A stretch of 64,000 nucleotides of DNA. It comes from a phage. Location: the sequence record PX393109.1; one strand, 5' to 3'. Below the pieces are notes generated by a model, which was not told the origin of the DNA, did not search any database, and was given only the letters and a program-made list of their open reading frames with translations. Position 1 is the first letter of the stretch. The number at the start of each line of letters is the position of its first letter. A program made the position numbers and the translations under genes. Positions 8,551-16,851 of the stretch are shown piece after piece.

Positions 8551-8577
8551 TGTTATTCTACCATAGAACCGAGGAAT

Positions 8578-8781
8578 ATGATGGATATTGAGCAACTAAC
8601 TAAGGATCTTAATCGTAACCAGATTACGGTTATTCGTTCGGAGCACTTAGCTCCCAAGACTATGATCGTGTCTGATGATATCTGGGGCACATTCAAGAAT
8701 AATAATAATAATAATAATAATAATGCTACTGTAGAAGCTACAGATGAAGAATCTGTTAAGAACATGCTGGAGCATCCGTAA
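8578..8781 (+). CDS. small protein with poly-Asn tract
   Basis: ORF track 8527..8781 (TTG start lies inside the hairpin); ATG at 8578 after GAGGAAT; 9 consecutive Asn encoded by (AAT)9. Confidence 0.45.
   Translation: MMDIEQLTKDLNRNQITVIRSEHLAPKTMIVSDDIWGTFKNNNNNNNNNATVEATDEESVKNMLEHP
8698..8724 (+). repeat. (AAT)9 trinucleotide microsatellite inside a CDS
   Basis: 27 nt of perfect AAT repeats, in frame. Confidence 0.9.
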
Positions 8782-9404
8782 TGATCCTTGGTAAATCTTA
8801 TATTGAGCAGGCAATTACTCAAGGATTATGGACCTATCACAGTTATCTGGACAATCAGGAACCACGAATCGGACAGAATAGTGTAGATGTACGCTTAGCT
8901 CCGTTCTTCCTGGTTCCTCAAAAGATGCCTGATGGCCATGTAGTAGATCCCTATAAACCATGTACTCTTCCGGAGTATCGCGAGGTAGAGGCACTATACT
9001 ACGATCTTAAACCTGGGGAGTTCATCTTAGGCTCAGCATCTGAACGTATCGACTGTACTACCATGTTGCCTGAGAAGTGGTTCGAGCATTATGACCCACG
9101 ATACCGTAACAGCACTGTAGACCGTGGTGTGGCATTCTGTCAGCATTACGACGGTCGCAGCACTATGGGTCGTCTGGGAATACTGAGCCATGTCAGTGCA
9201 GGTTTCGGGGACTTTGGATTCAAGGGAGCATTTACTCTAGAGATTGTTAACCTAAGCCCTAACACTATCCGACTGCGTTCTAACATGCGCATCGGTCAGA
9301 TTTACTTTACTGAGGTTGCTGGTGGTGGCTACGACCTTTACAAAGGTTACGACCAGACTGACTTTAAACCAGTCGCACCAATCATAGGTCGCGATCGTTT
9401 CTAA
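8781..9404 (+). CDS. dCTP deaminase-like protein (dUTPase superfamily)
   Basis: VDVRLAPFF, GSASERIDCT, RSTMGRLGI, GFGDFGFKGAFTLEIVN, MRIGQIYF resemble Dcd motifs; adjacent to dut. Confidence 0.55.
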   Translation: MILGKSYIEQAITQGLWTYHSYLDNQEPRIGQNSVDVRLAPFFLVPQKMPDGHVVDPYKPCTLPEYREVEALYYDLKPGEFILGSASERIDCTTMLPEKWFEHYDPRYRNSTVDRGVAFCQHYDGRSTMGRLGILSHVSAGFGDFGFKGAFTLEIVNLSPNTIRLRSNMRIGQIYFTEVAGGGYDLYKGYDQTDFKPVAPIIGRDRF

Positions 9405-9416
9405 TTAGGAGAAATT

Positions 9417-9794
9417 ATGTACAACGCATTCAACGGACCTCATCCAGAGGCTCTGCCGGTAATCGACGAAGCTAATCTGGTAAAGCGCTTCCGCGAGAGC
9501 TATGCTAGCCAGGTTGATTTAAAACAAATCATAGTTCTGGCATGTAATCAGCGTAAAGCTGCTATCCAGGATAAAATCGACCAGTTAAATAAGGCCAAAG
9601 TTCGTTTAATCGACAGTCTGGCTGGTGAAGGTACTAAGTTGGGTGCGGCTGATATTAGCGACCAGGTCAGAGGCATGGTCGCAGATACCAATAATCTCCA
9701 ATCGTTAATCAAAGAGATTGACGACTCGGTGAACATGGTATTCTCAGCTCTGGGTGGGCTACTGGAAGAGCCCACCACAGAGAAATCTCTGTAA
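9417..9794 (+). CDS. hypothetical protein
   Basis: 125-aa ORF, GGAGAAATT RBS. Confidence 0.5.
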   Translation: MYNAFNGPHPEALPVIDEANLVKRFRESYASQVDLKQIIVLACNQRKAAIQDKIDQLNKAKVRLIDSLAGEGTKLGAADISDQVRGMVADTNNLQSLIKEIDDSVNMVFSALGGLLEEPTTEKSL

Positions 9795-9825
9795 TCCGTC
9801 ACGGATGATTAATTTGGAATGAACT

Positions 9826-10188
9826 ATGACTTCTGCCGATTGCGTAGCTATGGTCGTCTACTATGAGGCCAGGGGAGAGTCGGAACGTGGGCAGTTAGCT
9901 GTAGCCCACGTGGTACTCAACCGAGCGAAGAAATACGGTATAAGCCCATGTAAGGTAGTTAAAAACAGGAATACCTTTCCGTGGTACCGTCACATCTCTT
10001 ACCAGAATATGAAAGATCCTAAATCTAAGGCATCTGCTATTCATATTGCGGCAAGAGTTAAATACAGTGAAGATCCCACATTCGGGGCTACTCACTTTCA
10101 TAATGTAAAGGTTAGGCCTAACTGGAAGGGCTATAGAATGACAGCCAGAATAGGCGACCACAAGTTCTATAAGAAGGTAAAGAAATGA
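9826..10188 (+). CDS. SleB/CwlJ-like cell-wall hydrolase domain protein
   Basis: YYEARGESERGQLAVAHVVLNR is the hallmark N-terminal motif of the Hydrolase_2 (SleB) family. Confidence 0.55.
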   Translation: MTSADCVAMVVYYEARGESERGQLAVAHVVLNRAKKYGISPCKVVKNRNTFPWYRHISYQNMKDPKSKASAIHIAARVKYSEDPTFGATHFHNVKVRPNWKGYRMTARIGDHKFYKKVKK

Positions 10189-10739
10189 CTTTGAGTAATA
10201 TGGATATAGACAACCTAATCGGTATGTTGGGAGGTACAGCAGTACTCGTTCTAACAGTCCGTCCTATCGACCAGGCTGAGAGCTATGATATAGTAGTCCG
10301 AGAGTCTAGCTTTGAATTCGAGCAAGCTCTTCGTCATGCTATGCACGATCTGACTATTACCAATAACGGTATTAAGCACCGTCTACTTAAAGTGTCGATA
10401 GGTATTAAATCGTCCGATGTATTCGCTAATCCTGATATCGTAAAGACCTGGGAAATCTGCGATAATCCACACACTCCTAAGATGAACGAAGCTATCGAGC
10501 GCGACCAGCAGTATCAAGAAGTCGTTCATCAGGCGGTAGAGCTAGTATTTTTACTTAGCAACTGCCAGACTATTTATTCAGCGTATGAAGGCAAGGTCGA
10601 TATGACTCAAGAGTCGGTTCGGGAGGCCGTTCGTGTATCTCTTTTCAATATCTTATCTGGTAAGTCAGAAACCAAGATGGATGCTGAAGTAGAGAAGGTA
10701 ATTAAACCATTCCGGGAATTATTTGTACGGAGTATCTGA
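10185..10739 (+). CDS. hypothetical protein
   Basis: 184-aa ORF overlapping upstream stop. Confidence 0.5.
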   Translation: MTLSNMDIDNLIGMLGGTAVLVLTVRPIDQAESYDIVVRESSFEFEQALRHAMHDLTITNNGIKHRLLKVSIGIKSSDVFANPDIVKTWEICDNPHTPKMNEAIERDQQYQEVVHQAVELVFLLSNCQTIYSAYEGKVDMTQESVREAVRVSLFNILSGKSETKMDAEVEKVIKPFRELFVRSI

Positions 10740-10981
10740 TGGACTTGATGAAATTAAACATCAAACTAGAGGGAGTGTGTAAGGCAGGGATAGTGAAGGT
10801 ATGCTATAACTGTAAAGAGCACCCCACTCTACGTCTTGACGAGAATAACCACTTACATCTGGAGTGTCCTAACTGTAAATGGGACGACCATGAAGTGGTT
10901 ACTGATTTAGATATGGAAGATGAAGCAGTTGCTGATCGTGAGCTGGGGCTTATGGTCGAGATGTGGAATCGTCATAACTAA
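10739..10981 (+). CDS. small zinc-ribbon protein
   Basis: CYNCKEH...CPNCKW. Confidence 0.5.
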   Translation: MDLMKLNIKLEGVCKAGIVKVCYNCKEHPTLRLDENNHLHLECPNCKWDDHEVVTDLDMEDEAVADRELGLMVEMWNRHN

Positions 10982-10993
10982 ATTAATCTACAC

Positions 10994-11035
10994 AAAAATG
11001 GGACTCACTCTATCACGAGTGAGTCCCATTTATTT
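10994..11035. terminator. bidirectional rho-independent terminator at early/late boundary
   Basis: perfect 15-bp stem AAATGGGACTCACTC/GAGTGAGTCCCATTT, 6-nt loop, A-run on left and T-rich on right; sits between convergent gene blocks. Confidence 0.8.
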
Positions 11036-11366
11036 AGTGCTTAAAGATGCCGATGATGGCGTCGTTAAACAATCCTACCAGTACACTAATAATTGCTAAC
11101 GCACCACTCCAGAATTTAATCTTGTCATTTACTTCCTTAATCTCCTTCCTTAGATCATCCTGCTCATCTTCAAGGTCAGAAATCTTCTTAGACATGAAAT
11201 TCTGTGCAACGACTAGCTCACGGATATCCGCTAATATCTCCGTCTGCTTACGAGAAGACTCCATAAGTTGATCAAGGATTACTCCCTGAAACTTCTGGTT
11301 AGATTCAAGTCTCGCTAGCCTATCGAGTTGGTGTCCACCGAACTCAGACTCTTCCCTCTCGCGCAT
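11034..11366 (-). CDS. coiled-coil protein with C-terminal TM helix (lysis-associated?)
   Basis: 110-aa ORF; C-terminal FWSGALAIISVLVGLF; position in lysis cassette. Confidence 0.35.
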   Translation of the reverse strand: MREREESEFGGHQLDRLARLESNQKFQGVILDQLMESSRKQTEILADIRELVVAQNFMSKKISDLEDEQDDLRKEIKEVNDKIKFWSGALAIISVLVGLFNDAIIGIFKH

Positions 11367-11376
11367 ACAAGATTCC

Positions 11377-11586
11377 TCACTTCTGATTGCTCTCTAGGCA
11401 ATCTATATAAGATACCAATTTAGCTAATTCAGCGTTAGGAATCCTGATCCCGTCTTTTTCCGCTATCGCTGCTATCGGTGGACGGTCGCACCTTACCTTC
11501 GGCGTCTGCATCTGTACCGGTAGGCTGTTGCAGCTTACCAAACTTAGACTCCCAAGCACCAGTAGGGTCATTTTTAATTTCTTCAT
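11377..11586 (-). CDS. outer-membrane lipoprotein, o-spanin candidate
   Basis: signal peptide with lipobox LVSC (MKKLKMTLLVLGSLSLVSC), small size, near endolysin. Confidence 0.5.
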   Translation of the reverse strand: MKKLKMTLLVLGSLSLVSCNSLPVQMQTPKVRCDRPPIAAIAEKDGIRIPNAELAKLVSYIDCLESNQK

Positions 11587-11665
11587 CTTTCTTCTCCCGA
11601 GAGCGAGTCTGCATAGCAGATACGAGTAGGGTAATAAGCTGAAGAATAAGAGTAAGAGCTTTCAT
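11435..11665 (-). CDS. N-terminal TM protein overlapping o-spanin in another frame (i-spanin-like, uncertain)
   Basis: MKALTLILQLITLLVSAM then charged domain; overlapped arrangement like Rz/Rz1 but short. Confidence 0.3.
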   Translation of the reverse strand: MKALTLILQLITLLVSAMQTRSREKKDEEIKNDPTGAWESKFGKLQQPTGTDADAEGKVRPSTDSSDSGKRRDQDS

Positions 11666-11668
11666 ACC

Positions 11669-12085
11669 TTACTCCTTTTTACCCTCTGGATTTTTGATCA
11701 GAGACTTACCGTAATCAAGGGCATCAATAGCCTGGGTAGCCTTACTCACTAGGTGCGGATCATCCTGAGTTTGGACTACGTCGGAAAGAACCTGCTTAGC
11801 TTTATCCATGGTCTGCACTTTCTGCTCATCCTGAGCGGCAGCTTTCTTATCTACCCTGGCAGCTGATTTAGGCAAGTTCAGAGCGACGAAGTTTAAGATG
11901 GACGATGCATAACCGAGGTATTTCTTAATTACCCCAATGTATTCGTCGTCTTTAGTATTAGGAGTGATCTTAGCGATCTTCTCCAGAGCTTGCACCAGCA
12001 CTGATGCGAAGCCGATGATGGCTAGTGCAAGAGCGATGTAATCATCGATCTTGGATCCATCAAGTACATCCAGGATATTGTCCAT
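11669..12085 (-). CDS. holin-like membrane protein
   Basis: two hydrophobic segments and a charged C-terminus, immediately downstream of endolysin. Confidence 0.4.
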   Translation of the reverse strand: MDNILDVLDGSKIDDYIALALAIIGFASVLVQALEKIAKITPNTKDDEYIGVIKKYLGYASSILNFVALNLPKSAARVDKKAAAQDEQKVQTMDKAKQVLSDVVQTQDDPHLVSKATQAIDALDYGKSLIKNPEGKKE

Positions 12086-12099
12086 TATTGATCACCATA

Positions 12100-12747
12100 T
12101 TAAAGAGTTAAAGTCTGATTTGCTCTGCGTAGTACAGGCAGTCGGTCAGGTACGGTCGCAGCAGACCCATTTATCTTCTGGGTTACTTTGGTGAATGCGT
12201 CCTGATCTGCTAATTGATTTAATTTATTTTTATCCCAGAACCACCCTGCAGTAAGCATGATCGTTTCGAAATCCGTCTCTACTAACTCTGGATCTTCTAC
12301 CAAACGGTCATCGCCAAAGATACTCAAAGAGGCCTCTCGATAGTTAGCTTTGCCAGTTAGATGCATAGCTCCACGGCCAATGTACTTATACCCATCTCCG
12401 CTAGCTGGAGTTCCGTTACCCATGCGATTAGCATACACCTGATTGGCTAACTTCTCAGGGTCGCGTATGTAAGCATTAGCATTAAGCTTACCAGGTTCAC
12501 CGCGAAGAGTAAATCTACTCGGCCACACAGCTACCAGACGAGACGCAGAGGTATAATACAGGGACTCCACAAACTTAGTGTAGTCCCGAGTTTCAAAGGC
12601 AGTCTGCGCCATAAAATAGCGCAGACGACGATTGGTATTGATACCGTAACGCTCGATAGTAGTATTAATGGCGGGTAGCAGCTTTTCCAGCACTTCCGTT
12701 GAAGTTGTCGGGAGGAACTTCTTCAGCTGGTCAAGTGTAACGCTCAT
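12100..12747 (-). CDS. endolysin, glycoside hydrolase family 19
   Basis: FMAQTAFET, YIGRGAMHLTGKANY, AGWFW: GH19 (class I chitinase-like) catalytic motifs. Confidence 0.85.
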   Translation of the reverse strand: MSVTLDQLKKFLPTTSTEVLEKLLPAINTTIERYGINTNRRLRYFMAQTAFETRDYTKFVESLYYTSASRLVAVWPSRFTLRGEPGKLNANAYIRDPEKLANQVYANRMGNGTPASGDGYKYIGRGAMHLTGKANYREASLSIFGDDRLVEDPELVETDFETIMLTAGWFWDKNKLNQLADQDAFTKVTQKINGSAATVPDRLPVLRRANQTLTL

Positions 12748-12771
12748 ATTATACCCCTACCTAGTTAAGGC

Positions 12772-12948
12772 TCACTTCTGAGCCTGTTTTCTCTGGAGAG
12801 CCACCTGTAGTGACTCTATTTCGACCCATCCCTGGCCATCGAATCTCCATCTTTTACCCTGCAAAGACTGGAAGATTGAGTTTACCGGCGCTACTGCCGG
12901 TATTTCTGTTTCGAATCCAGTCTTGAACCATGGTTCGTTGCTAGACAT
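12772..12948 (-). CDS. hypothetical small protein (58 aa)
   Basis: ATG with AGGAGTAAAC RBS between endolysin and fibre gene; below the 60-aa ORF-track cutoff. Confidence 0.3.
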   Translation of the reverse strand: MSSNEPWFKTGFETEIPAVAPVNSIFQSLQGKRWRFDGQGWVEIESLQVALQRKQAQK

Positions 12949-12957
12949 GTTTACTCC

Positions 12958-15900
12958 TTAACTAAAGTATGCGCGAACGTTCTTAACGAACGGACGGTTA
13001 ACTGGGTTGGATAGAGACAGGGTGATACGGATGCGGGTATTAGCCACATTTACTCCTGACAGTTTGTAAGGTACAGTGTACCACCCATCTCCCAGAGCGG
13101 TTCCGGTACTCCCTGACAAGGCTACCCATTCGCTATCCTTCTGGTACTGAACGGTTACGCTAGCACCAGATGGTACATACTGATCCAGGATGACGTTAAG
13201 AGTTACCGGAGTAATGTTACCGTTAGGGATACTGAACTGACGCTGGGTATATACCCCAGGAGTATCAGTAGTACCAGAACGGAAGATGACGCCACCGAAG
13301 ACCTTCGGAGATACGGTAGGATCACCGGTATTAAACTCAGCCATCAGACTGAAAGTACCAGAGAAGTTCTCAGTATACGTTTCAGAGTTAACGTTGAGGT
13401 TAATGTTATCAGTACCGTTAGTGAGATAGAATCTCACGGAGGTATTTGCCGGAGTCTCAATATCAGCAGTAAGCGAAAGACTGTTGGTATTGCTAGCTAC
13501 CGTTACAGAACCCAAGTTAACAGTGCGAGTAGAACTATAGTCAGCAGCATGGAGACGATACACCAAGTCTTCATCCTGAACTGGAGACCAGGTAGATTCG
13601 TTCGCAGAAGTCAGAAGAACACCCTGAGCTGGCTGATTCACTACATACTGCTGCTTATCGGGATCATATCCGTTTATCTTAGCTGTGGCTACCTTACCCT
13701 GATAGTTAGCCGTAGCAACTATGATGGCATACTCAGTACCACCAGTCACTGTTACTGGATAACGAAGATTGATCTTGTTCCACCCCAGTACACACTTATT
13801 AGCCGGAACTTCACCGAAGCCATAAAGCTGAGTGGAGTTAGGGATACCTACCAAAGTAGGGACCAGTTTAATCTGGAGTGTGTTAGTAGGCAGCTCAGTC
13901 AGATAGATAGATACTGCGTTAATATCACGAGTAGCCTGGATAGTGAAGGTCTGAGCCACTGGATCGTAACCCCACGGAACAGCACCACCAGTCCAGTTCT
14001 GACCGTAGTCGACTTTACCAGAGTTGTAGATGGTTACGGTACCGCGAGTAATAGCCTTAGTGGTCTTACCAGTAGCAACATACTGATACGTACCGTTAAC
14101 CAAACCACCAGACAGCATATGAGCATACTGTACAGCACCGTTATCATCCGCAGTCAAGGTAACCACTGGCAGGTTACGGAAAGTAAGATCAATCTGTTCG
14201 TTGGCAGCATACCCAGATAGCTTAATCGTGATCGTAGTATCTACCGGCAGAAAGCCACCATGGAAGTACGACCAGAAGCTACGAGTATCGATCTTAGCTG
14301 GTGAAACAGAGATCATCGCCTGAGGTACCTGACCAGACCCAGCATACGGGTTGATGCGGGTGTCCTTAGTACGGAATTCCTGAGACTGAATTACGGTATC
14401 AGTGAATGATAACATAATACCATCAGGAGCCAGACTGGACTGCCGTGAGAAAGATGCTCCGATGAACAGCTGACCATCATCGATAATGGCGTTGTTGGTT
14501 AATCCAGCATCACGCATGTTACCGTTAAGCAGGGAGTCAACTACTACACCTTTCTTAGTCGTAGTCGGATCGGTAGAGCGAGTTTCATCACGGAGCGAAA
14601 GCTGGGCGATGTTGTACTGCATGTCGCTTACCAGAGACATCAGATCTTTTAGCTCATTATAAGTAACCACTTCGATGCGGTCATTGTTAATGACCGGATC
14701 TTGACCCTTAGTCAGACGAACAGTTGCGATAGACAGCAACGTAGCTGAAGTACCTGGTAACTGAGCGTTTGCCAAGATTGCCGGAATACCCTTAGTGATC
14801 TGAACCGCACCAGAGGCATCGATAGATACACGGTCATAGCGAGACAGGAAGTAAGAGTAGGTTACGTAGAACGTAGACCCAGATACCAGAGCATCACTGG
14901 TGGAAATAGTTATGGAGGTATCGTTCCAGGTCGGGATGAACTGATCAATGTACTGATACGTAACCTGGTAAGTAGAACCAGGAGATGGTTCGTTACCAGT
15001 AGGTGACCAGTCTACAGAGTCCCCGTTCTGTACATAGTCACTACCTTTAACATAGACAGTACCACCCTGCTGTACAGAAATAATCTGCAGAACAGGAGTA
15101 TCCGGAAGTAAGTCAGACGAACCCGTTGCGGAACCATGAGTCACCGTACGAGTCACCTGCTTAGTACCGGATACAGCAGTTACCTGATCAATTACAGAGT
15201 AGCGCAGTTGATAGGTGTAAGTACCTGCTGTAAACACGTATGGCTCTGAAGCTACGTTACCAGTATCGTTGATAGGGTCCAGACGCACGGTACTTTCATA
15301 GGCGAACAGTGCTTCGTTTCCGAGTACACGAGCCTTGCCCGCAGACATGTTCAACATAATCTGCTGGGTAGAGCCATCGATGCCTGCATAGGACAGAGTT
15401 AATCCGTCCAGAACATAGTTACCGTGAGTATCAGAATCGTAGCGACCAAGAAGACCAGAGAACTGGTCGAGATCATTACGAGACTTGGTGGTCTTAACCA
15501 GTACGCCATTCTTGAAATAGAATACTGGGAAGAAGGTATCTCCTTCTGGAACATCATCGGCCAACAGCCAAGTAGTTACCTTCTGGAGACGGTCAGCACC
15601 AGCTGAACCATAGCTCGGAGAGTTCTGATACTGCATGAGGAGCTCAGGATCTTCGAGATAGGTGATTACCTTATCAGAGATAGATACACCTAAAACAGCC
15701 TCACCAGCAGTAGGAAACGATGCATCCGTAACAGCAGGTACATTCATAGCCATACCGGCATAGATTAGCGTACCTTCGGTTATAGAGATTACACCGTCTC
15801 CAAGAGCGGAAATATCCGCCCCATCAGTAATGGCACCATCACCGACCAAGAAGCCGGACAGTGTAGAGACGTTATTGAGCTGCTGATCCTGAATTTCGTT

Positions 15901-16002
15901 TAGCTCCGAGCTCTGGAGCGGCCTGTCCGCGATAAACAGATGCTTGGCGTAGTTCTTCTTAGCCGCAAATCTGTTAAAGTAATCAGACGGTAAAGTTGCC
16001 AT
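12958..16002 (-). CDS. tail fibre protein (1014 aa)
   Basis: very large Ser/Thr/Gly-rich beta-type protein at the distal end of the fibre locus. Confidence 0.65.
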   Translation of the reverse strand: MATLPSDYFNRFAAKKNYAKHLFIADRPLQSSELNEIQDQQLNNVSTLSGFLVGDGAITDGADISALGDGVISITEGTLIYAGMAMNVPAVTDASFPTAGEAVLGVSISDKVITYLEDPELLMQYQNSPSYGSAGADRLQKVTTWLLADDVPEGDTFFPVFYFKNGVLVKTTKSRNDLDQFSGLLGRYDSDTHGNYVLDGLTLSYAGIDGSTQQIMLNMSAGKARVLGNEALFAYESTVRLDPINDTGNVASEPYVFTAGTYTYQLRYSVIDQVTAVSGTKQVTRTVTHGSATGSSDLLPDTPVLQIISVQQGGTVYVKGSDYVQNGDSVDWSPTGNEPSPGSTYQVTYQYIDQFIPTWNDTSITISTSDALVSGSTFYVTYSYFLSRYDRVSIDASGAVQITKGIPAILANAQLPGTSATLLSIATVRLTKGQDPVINNDRIEVVTYNELKDLMSLVSDMQYNIAQLSLRDETRSTDPTTTKKGVVVDSLLNGNMRDAGLTNNAIIDDGQLFIGASFSRQSSLAPDGIMLSFTDTVIQSQEFRTKDTRINPYAGSGQVPQAMISVSPAKIDTRSFWSYFHGGFLPVDTTITIKLSGYAANEQIDLTFRNLPVVTLTADDNGAVQYAHMLSGGLVNGTYQYVATGKTTKAITRGTVTIYNSGKVDYGQNWTGGAVPWGYDPVAQTFTIQATRDINAVSIYLTELPTNTLQIKLVPTLVGIPNSTQLYGFGEVPANKCVLGWNKINLRYPVTVTGGTEYAIIVATANYQGKVATAKINGYDPDKQQYVVNQPAQGVLLTSANESTWSPVQDEDLVYRLHAADYSSTRTVNLGSVTVASNTNSLSLTADIETPANTSVRFYLTNGTDNINLNVNSETYTENFSGTFSLMAEFNTGDPTVSPKVFGGVIFRSGTTDTPGVYTQRQFSIPNGNITPVTLNVILDQYVPSGASVTVQYQKDSEWVALSGSTGTALGDGWYTVPYKLSGVNVANTRIRITLSLSNPVNRPFVKNVRAYFS

Positions 16003-16013
16003 TTATTACTCCA

Positions 16014-16835
16014 TTAGAACGTGAGGATGACAGAATGACCTTCGCGGGTAGTGGACTCACGAATAATTAGGGTGTGGTTCTCGATCCCGAGCATCTCTCC
16101 CTTGTCCTTAATCATGTCTGGGGTTAGGTAAAGAGAATTCTCATTACCACTCGTGGGTACAGTTCCGATGAAGATAGCGAACTGATAGATCATGTCATCC
16201 GCAGCATCAGTATAGTTAAACTGAACATGCAGATACAGATGCTTAGTTGGCTTATCGGAGATAGACCACTTCCCTTCTGACGTTTCGATGGTACCGTTAG
16301 GATCCGGTTTCACATATTCCTTGGTGAGGATCTTACGACGTCCGACTTCAGCATACAGATCAGGCAGCGTCGGGTCCGGATTAGGTGCAGGTTTAGTCCA
16401 TGCAGACGGGAATGTAGTGTTCGTCGTAGGAGGATTAACCTTGCTATCTGGAGTAGTGCTACCATTGTCAGTAAAGCTATTGGAAGTAGACTCACCAATT
16501 TTATCATAGGAGTTGGCACCCTGGCGATAGATGATGTATTTCTCAGCATTCGCAGATGCACCCCAGTTTAACTGAATAGACTGCTGAGAAGCCGAAGCAA
16601 CGATAGTAGCAGTGGCTGCCATGGAGGCAGTAGTTTCACCGAATTTGTTAGCTGCAGTAACCACATAGGTATACGTGGCGGGATTTAGAGTACCCCCATC
16701 TACCGCGGAGGCAGACAGGGTTTCTGGAGCAGCTACAGCATCAGGGATGGTACCCCATGCAAAGTGCAGAGTCGCATCATGCACTGTTTTAGCTAAAGCG
16801 ATGTGGCCACTTTCGGCCAATACCATAAAGGACAT
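16014..16835 (-). CDS. tail-fibre-associated protein with FN3-like domain
   Basis: IQLNWGASANAEKYIIYRQG pattern typical of fibronectin type III. Confidence 0.45.
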   Translation of the reverse strand: MSFMVLAESGHIALAKTVHDATLHFAWGTIPDAVAAPETLSASAVDGGTLNPATYTYVVTAANKFGETTASMAATATIVASASQQSIQLNWGASANAEKYIIYRQGANSYDKIGESTSNSFTDNGSTTPDSKVNPPTTNTTFPSAWTKPAPNPDPTLPDLYAEVGRRKILTKEYVKPDPNGTIETSEGKWSISDKPTKHLYLHVQFNYTDAADDMIYQFAIFIGTVPTSGNENSLYLTPDMIKDKGEMLGIENHTLIIRESTTREGHSVILTF

Positions 16836-16851
16836 AGTAGTCTCCGTTTAA

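Noticed and set aside
8527-8577. TTG-initiated 5' extension of the poly-Asn gene
   Set aside because: The TTG start lies inside a perfect hairpin; ATG at 8578 with a GAGG RBS is more plausible.
11292-11400. Shared LESNQK peptide at the C-terminus of the lipoprotein and near the N-terminus of the next protein
   Set aside because: Short coincidental match at different nucleotide positions; no evidence of a frameshift or fusion.
13549-14220. 223-aa + strand ORF inside the 1014-aa tail fibre gene
   Set aside because: Antisense shadow ORF within a long, well-supported - strand gene; no RBS, low-complexity translation.
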